Of a stretch of 64,000 bases of DNA, positions 53,815-64,000 are shown piece after piece. Each line of letters starts with the position of its first letter. Positions within the stretch are counted from its first letter, which is position 1. Origin of the DNA: Eledone cirrhosa (Eukaryota); the NCBI GenBank assembly GCA_964016885.1, contig OZ024740.1:172608001-172672000 (forward strand), written 5' to 3'. The notes under the pieces are model-generated. The model searched no databases and was not told the origin of the DNA. It saw nothing but the letters and a program-made list of their open reading frames with translations. The translations under genes were made by a program, and so were the position numbers.

Positions 53815-54679
53815 CTAGCATTAAAGCCCGGCGTTGCTCGGAGTCAGTAAGTTACCAAAGTTAGGTTGCACCACCCATTTTATGGCACTACTTTTTTGTC
53901 TGCCAGGCACTGGGGGAATGAATTGCAGACCTGGACTGCCGAAGCAGGAGCTGCGCCAGCAGTGACAATTGTAGTTTCGCCTATGGATATTATCTCTGTG
54001 TTGAAATTTATTGTTTCACAGTATCTGCGCAACACGCGCGTAGACGATGCCATCCGAACAACAGAGCTGCGATAGAGTTGTTCTGCATGGTTGTCTAATG
54101 TGTGTTATGGGGGAGGGGTGTGATATAGGGGTGAGTTAGCTGCTGTTTCTAGCAGGTTTAATGACCTCATAGAGGATATTATTGTGTATAGTAAATAAAC
54201 TGATACTTCTTTCTTGCACGTTCGTTGAGAGGTTTTAAAAAAGATTTATCGCTATTTTTTTTGTTGTTGAATAAATTTATCTGTTGCTTTTGAATAATTG
54301 TTGTTTCGTATGAAATGTAATAAGTTCTCTTTTTCATTGAAGTAAATAAATGTTTGACCGTTCCACACTAAAAAACAAACGTTCTCCTCTCACTCTCTTC
54401 TCTCTCTCTCTCTTCGACGTTCCTAAAGGAAGTTTGTAAGCATGTATGTAGTTTTATCGAATGTTAAGGGGAGTAGAGAGGGGATCAGATTGTATTAGAG
54501 GAGTAAAGCGTCATGTATTTAGTTTTATCGATTATTTCCGTAATTGTGGGTGAAAAAAAATAAAATATAGATATTTTGAAATAATTATGAGAAAAAAAAA
54601 CAACATATCTTCATATTTATTGTTTACTAATCTGAATAAGAAGAGCAGTAACCCGGGCAACGCCGGGTAATTCAGCTAG
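53815..54679. mobile_element. Helitron-derived segment with a 3'-type terminus at both ends
   Basis: A|CTAG..CCCGGCGTTGCTCGG on the left and CCCGGGCAACGCCGGG..CTAG|T on the right. Confidence 0.65.
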
Positions 54680-54703
54680 TATATATATATATATATATAT
54701 ATA

Positions 54704-54825
<122 letters not shown>

Positions 54826-55219
54826 GTGTGTGTGTGTGTCTGTGTGTGTCTGAAACTCAATATTCCCGGAACTCATCTCTAGTCGGCGAAAAACGCGTCT
54901 TATAATATTTATACACTTGAGTTTAACGGAGTAAGATATTGAGCCTGGTATAATAAACGATTCCTATCGTCTCCCTTCCAGCATTTATTTCTTCTCAATA
55001 TATGTACCAGAGGCAGAAAACCTCTGAAGGCCACATTGAATTAAGTGTAATCTAATAACGGCGCATTTAAGAAAATTTCATTAAATACGGAAGAATATAT
55101 AATTACATATGTTGAGAAAATAAAAAAAATGTAAAATACCCTTTTTTTTTCGAATTTAATAACATTAGTTTAAACGAGCAGTAAGAACGTCGTCCAGGTG
55201 GTTTTCTGATTACACACAT

Positions 55220-55283
<64 letters not shown>

Positions 55284-55303
55284 ATACATATGTATATATA
55301 TAT

Positions 55304-55383
<80 letters not shown>

Positions 55384-55513
55384 AATGTAATCTGAGTTTT
55401 TCGAATATTAATAATAATATTCGATTCGTTTGCAATTATGCAAACAGCCTCTTTAAAGCCATGTCAGTAGAATGACCTCGTCATTCTTGCTCTTGTGTTG
55501 GCATATAAAGAGA

Positions 55514-55560
55514 ACTGCAGACACTAATGTTTCTGGGTGATTACCCTTCATCAGTACAGT
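55514..55560 (-). ncRNA. Minimal type I hammerhead ribozyme
   Basis: Reads actgta CTGATGA agggt-aatc-accca GAAA cattagtg TC tgcagt. Confidence 0.85.
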
Positions 55561-55697
55561 ATGCTGTTTACTTGCCAACTGTCATATATAATATTTTCTA
55601 AAATATACAGTGACTGATCAGCCTGATTTGCATATTGGCAGACTGCCTGATCAGTCAGATCTGCATATATATACATATATGTATATACATATATATA

Positions 55698-56260
55698 GTT
55701 GTAAAAAACGGACGATTATATCCGTAGTTGGTAGAGCACTCAGTCCAAAGGTCTAATTCGGTATAGAGTTAATTCCACAACAAAACAAATTAGCAAACCT
55801 TGTTTTGACCTCCTGCTGCTGATTCGGTCGAGGGGATGTAACTTCAACCTCACAGACGACTGCGGGTGTGTCTCACTGTTGTTGAAGAGGGCACGATTCT
55901 GGCCTTCTACAAGAGCATCCAGCTGGAGGAGAGCTTTGGGGTTTATGGCTAAGTGGGCTTTCATATTTTTAACACAGGCCAGAATCATGCCCTCTTCAAC
56001 AACAGTGTAACTCACCCGCAGTCGTCTATGAAGCTGAAATTACATCCACATGACCAAATCAACAGCAGGAGGTCAAAATGTAGGTAGGTATGTCGGAGGG
56101 CCGGTTTAAAGAACGCTTCCTTAACCACCAGACAACCTTTAGACACCCTGATATATGATCGTCTACGAAGCTGGCAAGACACGTATGGTCCCTCAAGGAT
56201 GCTGACATGAATTTCTCCACGCAATGGAAAGTTTTAACCAAGCCCAGGCCAACAGACATG
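55698..56260. pseudogene. Naiad-type GIY-YIG remnant with internal inverted duplication
   Basis: Minus strand: GCSCRRPESCPLQQQ. Plus strand: CPLQQQCNSPAVVYEA..VGMSEGRFKERFLNH..STKLARHVWSLK..WKVL. Arms at 55801-55904 and 55977-56080. Confidence 0.85.
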
Positions 56261-56574
56261 GAGTAGTGTCCATTTAATGATTAAAGTGGGGATATCAGAT
56301 CCGATGTTTTAACCACTGCCCCCATGCTGCGAAGTATCTGTTACGTAACTGGAGTAATCCAGGATAACCAAAAGTTTAACCGGGAATTAATTAACTCAAA
56401 CGAAAGTTGTCTCCCCCTGCAACAGTCAAATTTGATATGTGTCCATTGTCACCAACCTACCGACATCTGCTGCGTAGAATCCTGTCAGCTCATATATTCT
56501 TTCGTACTCACCGCAGACATACAAGGGTTGAAAATCCGGCGAAATGTGTGTCTTCGAGTATGGTTTGCTTTTTT

Positions 56575-56693
<119 letters not shown>

Positions 56694-57199
56694 TAGGAGA
56701 GAGAGTGGGTGTATTATCAACATCATTCCACCTCTATGAACTTTGTATACATATTATTTAGTATAGAGATTTTTTTGTGGGGGGGGGGGGGGGTCTCTTC
56801 TGTGGTGATTAAACCTCAGAGAGAGTAAAAATGTTGAAATAAAGATATCTGCAAAATTTGGAAGATAATATGGAAGTAAATAGAAATTGAGAGAATTTTG
56901 AGTGTTTTGTTTGATGTAGGCAAATATTATCTAAGAGAAATAATCTTAAATAAATTATGTATTCTTTTATTCTTTTATTGGTTTCAGTCATTAGACGGCG
57001 GCCATTCTGGGGCACTGCTTTCAATAGATTTTTAGTCGTTCATATCGATCTCGGTATAAATCTGGCACTTATTTTATCGAATTTTATTTGTCGAACCACT
57101 AGTTTCTGGACATAATAAACACCAAACGTAAACACAGACTCGAACATACACATACATACACACACATACACATACATGCACACGCACACACACACACAT

Positions 57200-57269
<70 letters not shown>

Positions 57270-58800
57270 GACAGATTTCTGCACAACTTTCGTCCATCAA
57301 ATTTCACTCAAAAGGCACTTTTCTACCCGAGGCTATACCAGAAAACACTTGTCCAAAGTACTACAGTACCACAGTGTGGGATTGAACTCGGAATCACGTA
57401 GCTGCAGATCGAACATATTAACCACACCTCCATGACTGTAAATATTTCCATACATTCCCTTGTAACAACTTTTTCTGATTAGTATAATTAGAATGTTGTA
57501 CAGGCACACACTTAGACACGCATGCATACACATACACAAAATCACACACACAATGGATGAACAAAGTGTGTGTACGTGTATGTACATTTGTGTGCGCATG
57601 TGTAAAATAAATTCTCTATCTCGAGATTATGATGATGGCTCCTTTGTCAGATTTGATGATGAACATTCAGTCTTTCGATCAACTGAGTTCCCGACTCGAG
57701 CATTAACATATAGACGGCTGGCTATTCCATAGATACTTGTACGCTTAAAACAATTCTAAGGTAAAATTAGCGTAACCATGTGTTATAAGACTGGATCAGT
57801 AAATTACAGGTTTAATCCACCCGAACGGGATTCCATTCAATAACCGTCTACCCAATTCTTCTCACAAGGCTTGGATCGACCCGAAGGTTATGATAAAAGC
57901 ACTTCTTCAAATCGCCTCGCAGCGAGATTGAACCCGGAACCTTATGATTCCAAAGCCAGCTTCTTTGCCCGTTAGCTATTCCCGCATCCACAAATTGCTA
58001 GATCGTCGTGTTATAAACTATCCATCCATTTATGATTAACATTATTGTCTCTCGATATGAGTGAATTGATAGTGTCAATAATTATTCACGTGTTTCCTAA
58101 TAATTTTAGCTGTATAAGTAACCATGCGTTTCCTAAATACATTAGATATATAACACAGGCACTACATACCGCGTGGTTAAGAAGTTTGCATTGAAATCAG
58201 GATTACGTGGTTCGTTTCCATTGCGTAGCATTTTGGGCAAGTGACATTTACCATAGTTTCGGGTTGATCGAATCCTTGTATGTGAATTTGGGTTAGCAAA
58301 AACTATTGGAGACACGCTGGGCTAGTCTTGTCATACACAGTATCATGTCAAATCTCACCGAGAATGAAGGTACAGATGTCTGTGGAATGCTCAGCCACGT
58401 ACATCCTAGTTTCACTAGAAGGCTGTTCCGTTGGTCAAAAAACTAGAATATCCATCGTCAAAACCAATTGAGAGTCTATTGCAAGTTATATAACTCAGGC
58501 ATTATATGGCCGAGGTATTATTGTATTTGGTTTGCTACCATGATGTAAAATATTCGATCCCACTGCTTGACATATTGATATGTGTCTTTTACCGTAACCG
58601 CAGATTAACCCAAGCCTTGCGAGTGAAGTTGGGTAGATGAAAATTGTAGAAGTCCGTGAGATGGACTGTACATATAATTCAATTCGCCAGATTGGTCACA
58701 CACTATTTGTATCACGCTGATTTTGCGTGAAGGTTACGCATATCTGAAGAATACTCAGCCGTTTTCACTATTATTTAACGTGTAGGCAATTCAGTTTATC
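57270..58800. mobile_element. Cluster of four old tRNA/CORE-type SINEs
   Basis: Minus copies at about 57270-57432 and 57840-57985, plus copies at about 58165-58470 and 58500-58800. B-box and TTGGGCAAGTG-like blocks. Confidence 0.6.
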
Positions 58801-59580
58801 GATCGACTAAAATATACTTGTCTTTGAAAATAATAGAGATCCACCATTAAATTAGGAGCTGTATAAGTGAAAAAGAAATAGTTACAGTTAGAAATAATAG
58901 CTTTTTTGCATTAGAAAAAACATTTAGTGGATGACACCATTTAGAAATTTATTTTAAAACTAATTCATTTCATTTAAAATGTTTAGTTGTTTCTTTCCAA
59001 GAAGTATATATATTGTCAAAGTGATATACTTGACTTGAAGTACTTCCAACTTAATTGCCGTCCTATTGCAATTGTTATGTAAATGGAACTGACCCGATCT
59101 CTTCCCTACTCTACCGAACACTTGAGGTTTATCTTTTATCACGCAAATGAAACATGAGTGTATGATAAACTAAAAGAGTGAGCTTCTCGTCAACATATTG
59201 CACTGCCATAGTCATTGGTGAGACGGCCACGTCGTCCTAATTACACTATACTACGTGACATGGATCCTTTCAGCTAATTAATGATCGAGGGGAAGGAAAC
59301 AAATGATTATATCACCCACCCCAAATATTTGAAGGACATTTATTTTATCAGTCCTTGAATGAACTCGACAACAGGAGGATTTGAAATCAGAACGTAGATC
59401 ACCGTAATTAACTACCACACAGCATTTTGTTCGACGCTCTATTGTTTCCTCCAGTCTACCGCTCCTAACAAATTCTAACACAGGCGCTAGACCATATATT
59501 TAGGGAAAGGGAACAGCCAGTTATATACCCATACTGTTTGACTGGTATTTATTTTATCGACCCCAGAATGATCAAAGATA

Positions 59581-59751
59581 ATAATTGTTTGTACTTTAGG
59601 CACAAGGCCAGCAATTACCCAGTGCATTACTGGTACTTTATTTTATCGACCCCGTAAGGATGAAAGGCAAAGTCAACCTCGGCGGGATTTGAACTCAGAT
59701 CGTAAAGGGACGTAACTATGCTGGAAAGCATGGTGTCTGACCCTCTACCGA
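59581..59751 (-). mobile_element. tRNA-derived SINE
   Basis: Reverse complement of the 45773 family. Confidence 0.9.
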
Positions 59752-60039
59752 TTAACTAATAACAGTAACTACAGCATTTGTAATTTTAAGGGAGTACTCT
59801 CAGGTCTTGAATAATTGTCCCACCCCACACTTTTAACCCACCCCACCACCAATTATTAAATTTTATAGTAAGTGATTCATATTGATACAACAGTTAGAGA
59901 ATCTAATAATAATTTTATTTTACATTAAAAATCACTATATATGACAAAAAAGAACATTATAAGAAATCCCATATTTACGAACGTACACTATACAATTACC
60001 GATTTCCTAACGTTAGCCTGCTTATAAGAATTGAAGCAA

Positions 60040-60400
60040 ATGTACATCGTTAAGGATATTTGGAGTAACGGTACTCGATAAAGTCCGTGGCTCGGAGATC
60101 AGAGAGTTACTCCAGGTAGAGCCGCTACTTCTCTGAATTGAGAGATCGCAGCTCCGATTCTATTGGTATGAGGTTTGAATGTCTCAGCAAAGAATCACTG
60201 GACAGATTTTACGAGCAAAACCAACTAGCGTGAGACCTCGAGCAAGATGGTTGGCTGGTCTCGCTTGGGGATTCAGACGGATCAGATGGAGACGGTTACT
60301 TCTGAGATGACCCGATGGAAGGAATGTTTGAGGACTCTGTCCCCACGACTCTCTCAAGAAGAAGAAGTTCCATACATAGCGGCCTAGTTCTATGAGCAGA
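60040..60400 (+). pseudogene. RTE (Expander/Rex3-like) LINE C-terminal remnant
   Basis: DKVRGSEIRELLQVEPLLL*IERSQLR ... RPRARW. Confidence 0.7.
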
Positions 60401-60678
60401 GGCCGAGAAAGAGAAAGAGAAAGTGGGGGAGGGTTGATTCCAGTACCTGATAAGTAATTTGTTTATTAGCCTCGTAAGAAAGAGAAGCAAAGTTAAGCTC
60501 GACGGGATTGGAACTCAAATACTATTCAACGTTCTAATAGGAAAAAGGTATTGGTTAAATTATTTTTCTTGTTTTAATAGTTGCTCTACGGCCATGCTAA
60601 GTCATCAGCTCTCGGTTGATCAATCAATTCCAGTCCATATTTCATTCTAGTAAATTTGGCGTGAAGGTAAACTATGTA

Positions 60679-61055
60679 TACGAAGTGTGTCAGAAAAATA
60701 ACAGGACTTTGTGTACTCTTGAGCTATGAGAGGGATAGGGATTAGCGGGTTGCCTACCATGTGACGTAATATCCGGGAAATATATAACTGCGATCTCAGC
60801 TCTCTGCAGCCATTGCATGCTTTTTCGCGTGTTTTTGTTAACTGGTCCTCAATTTTAGGTAGTCGAGTGATGGGCATAGAGCAACGAACCAGCCTGAAGT
60901 TTCTGGTCTGGCTGGGGAAAACTCCGTCAGAAGCACACGGAATACTACAGCAAGTGTACAGAGATGAGACGACGTCGGACTCACGGGTTTTTGAGCGACA
61001 CCAAAAGTTCAAAGAGGGACGCTAGAACGTGAAAGACGACCCAAGAGCGGAATGC
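60679..61055 (+). mobile_element. Mariner left end and transposase N-terminus (truncated)
   Basis: TA|CGAAGTGTGTCAGAAAAATAAC TIR-like start and EQRTSLKFLVWLGKTPSEAHGILQQVY..RVFERHQKFKEGR*NVKDDPR. Confidence 0.8.
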
Positions 61056-61135
61056 CTTCAACGAACAAGACTGAGACCAGTGTGTGACAAATCTGGCGAA
61101 TTGAATTATATGTACAGTCCATCTCACGGACTTCC

Positions 61136-61169
<34 letters not shown>

Positions 61170-61171
<2 letters not shown>

Positions 61172-62543
61172 GGAAGTCCGTGTGGTAGAGGGAATTTCCG
61201 GGGTAGCTCATGGTTGGTTCCTCTCTTCTCCACCATATCGGTTACATCATAGAGCGCTCAACTAATTGGAGCTAAATTATTAGGGTAAACATTGATGCAA
61301 TTCAATTCAAGTACTCAACGTACGTTTTCCACATAGGAGTGACGGAGAAAATATCGAATAAGGAAAAGCGAAGTAGTTTCAGATGTTCATGTCCTTTAAC
61401 TACCATGCGGATGGAAACCCCTGACACTGGACGGACATAATAGTAACTTTCGGCAGGATAAATACGCGGAAACAAAAAATAAGATAAACCCCTATTTTCC
61501 TGCACCAAATCGCATTTGAACAGAAGCCCCCTCAATTCAATCTATGCATGGACAGATGGACATTCATATGGACCATTTTGCATATATGTACTCTGTGTTT
61601 TTGCATTTATTCACTATTGGTTCTGTTCTTTTCTTTTGTGTACTTTATGTCTGTTTTTCTTTGGTTTTGTTCCATGTGATGGAAACTATGACTGTGTACC
61701 AGATTGACTAATGCCTTGAACCCTGTAGTTTGCCCTTCGTTATAATGTACGGCACTGTCGTTCAATATGTGGATAGAGTAACTGTGACACTAGAACCCTC
61801 TCAGAACTTATTACTTAAACATCTCTCTCCATATTATTTACTCACTTCAATCTATATTTTTTTACTCACCTCAATCCGAATTCTCACTTGAAACATTTTT
61901 AAATTTTTTAATTTTTAATTGTTAATTTTTTAATTGTTTAATTTATAATTTCTGATATTTGATTTAGGATTTTAATTTTTATTTCCAACTCTCACTCTTA
62001 ACTTCCAATGTAAAACCATGATACCTAGAATTAAGTTTATTTTCCCTTATGAGTTGATGGTCAGTCGTACTGTCAACGCTTGGTGAGAGGTAGTATTATG
62101 ACCTGTAAAAACTAACACTCTCCCATCCCCTCTGGCTTTCGGCTGACTGCCACAGTCGGGATGGGTAGCAGTAAACTACGGCACAGGCATAGGTGGGCCA
62201 TTGTTTTGGCTGAGAGAGTGAACTGACTAAGCGAATTTCGTTGAAATCTGCGGTAGCTAATGGTCAACTTCCTTCGGACATGCGCCTGCGCAGGCCGGTG
62301 GGGGGTGAATTGGTACTCACAGGGGAACGGATGAAAAACCCAAAAGCACGCACTTCATCCGTTCCCATGTCGATTCAATTTGGATTGCCTCGGAAACATA
62401 ACCTTATTATGTAACAAGCTGTCTGATGATGTCACGACACTCGCACACAGAACAGTGTGGCCAGTGTCGTCATTGAAATATATATCACAGCATTATTATT
62501 AAAGGACTTGAACATCTGAAACTACTTCGCTTTTCCTTATTCT
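61170..62543. mobile_element. Fold-back PLE-like insertion with short (34-bp) arms
   Basis: 61356-61389 is the reverse complement of 62509-62542. Contains a hammerhead at 62418 and has (TA)n flanks. Confidence 0.6.
62418..62491 (+). ncRNA. Type I hammerhead ribozyme, 45-nt stem II
   Basis: Reads gctgt CTGATGA tgtc-acgacact...agtgtcgt-catt GAAA tatata TC acagc. Confidence 0.8.
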
Positions 62544-62551
62544 ATATATAT

Positions 62552-64000
62552 AGTGAAAAATGGAACGGGAACAAGACAGAGAGGCAGTACGAACAAAGGT
62601 TTATTAGTTTCAAGCTCTTGAGAGTGGGGGGTTGGACGATGTTTTGGGCATAAGCCCTTCTTCAGGCGAAAAGTGTGTGGGAAGAGAGTTCCAAGGGTGT
62701 GTAGGGGAGTGGGGGAGAGACATTTAGAAAAAAGGGGGTGAGAGGAAACGGTGGAAGGGGTACAAATGAAAATAAATATGAAAAAATAATAATAAAAATA
62801 AAGATAAACATGAAGATAAACAAGTGGTGGAAGGGTGTAGGGCGTGTAGCGGTGGTGGCGGGTGGAGTGGAGAGAGGGAGGCGGAGTGTCCGAGCGGGGA
62901 GGGCTGAAGGTGGTGCGTGTGTGTGTGTGTGTATGTGAATGTGATAGTTGGGGGAAGAACAGGGTTCCATGTTCAAGAAAAGGTGTGTGGAGTGGGGTGT
63001 AGGTCGGTGTGTGTGTGCGTGTGTGGATGGGGAGGGGTCAGAGGGGTAGGGGGAGGGGTCAGAGGGGTAGGGGGAGGGGGGAGGGGAGGATTCCGGAGGC
63101 TGAGTGTGTAAATATGTGGGGGTACGCACGTGTGTGTGGTGTTTATACGTATTGTGGATGTAGGTGGCGTGTGGGAAAAAAATGTTTGTGAGTGTACGTC
63201 CGTGGGTAAGTTCCTAAGGTAGTTCCGTAGAGGGTATGGTGGGATGCCGGATATTTTCCTTGTGATGGAGTTGATTCGTGGGAGCGAGGTCCATGTGTGT
63301 AATCCGTGGTTGGGTTGGTCGGAAGAAGGGAGATGTGGGGTGCGCGCGCAACAGGAAGTGGTCAGAGGGTCAAGGCAGGAGGAGGGTTGTGTGTCTGTGT
63401 GTGCAGAGAGGTGGTCAGAGGGTCAGGGCATAGCAGCAGTAGGGGAGAATGGCAGGTGGAGAAAGTCGGTGTGTCAGTGTGTGCAGAGGTGCGGTAGACA
63501 GGGGAGAGGATGGGTAGGTGTGAAATGTGGAGTGGGGAGGGGGTCGTGTTGGGGGAGGGGTGTGTATTAGGGGTGTGTTAGTGGGATGTGTGTGTGTGAA
63601 GAGGTGTGGGTGAAGCGGGGAGAGGGAGAGAAAGGTGTGGGGGATGGTGGAGGCTGTGTGGTGTACTGGTGTGTGTGTACGTGTTTGGATGAGTGTGTGT
63701 GTGGTGAAGGGGGGTTTTAGTGGGTGTTAGTATACTGGTGGTGGGGAAAGGGTTGAATGCGGGTGTGTTAGTGGGGGTCAGTGGTGGTAGGATGTGTAGA
63801 GTGGGTGGTGTAAGAAGGTGTGGGTGGGTGTGTGTGTTTGTGTGAGTGGTATTAGTTGTGGGGTGGTGGGAGTGGATGTGTGGGTGAGGGTTAGTGGTGG
63901 TAGTAGGGTGTGTGGTTAGTGTGAGTGCGTGTATATATGTACCGGTGTGTGTGTGCGTGATAGGGGGAGGGGGGAAAGGGGGGAGGGATGTTAGTATTGT
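62552..64000 (-). mobile_element. PLE-like 3' end with degenerate hammerhead and long G/T-rich (minus C/A-rich) body, running off the window
   Basis: Minus strand CTGAAGA agggc-ttat-gccc AAAA catcg TC at about 62633-62668, and strong strand skew over 62690-64000. Confidence 0.5.

Overview
This is AT-rich, microsatellite-dense animal DNA with no host gene I can support. The SINE families and repeat composition suggest a cephalopod, probably Octopus (inference). Almost all non-microsatellite sequence is mobile DNA. (1) The dominant signal is a set of about 20 Penelope-like (PLE, Naiad-type GIY-YIG) insertions and non-coding derivatives sitting in (TA)n tracts. Most are fold-back structures with both 3' ends pointing outward. 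They carry about 15 type I hammerhead ribozymes with intact cores plus several variants, some with 94-119 nt stem II domains, and they share a GAGTGCT-like motif 35-65 nt from the 3' junction. (2) R4/Dong-type RLE retrotransposons sit in (TACA)n, and one is broken only by a 1-nt deletion. (3) Six copies of a ~607-bp non-coding, RTE-ended retroposon are all embedded in (TATG)n. (4) The rest comprises tRNA-derived SINEs with TSDs, non-autonomous Helitrons, and HERO, RTE, RTE-X, CR1-like, L1/Tx1-like, mariner and Tigger remnants. All pairings, translations and coordinates were read by eye, so boundaries may be off by a few bases. No database search or folding program was run.
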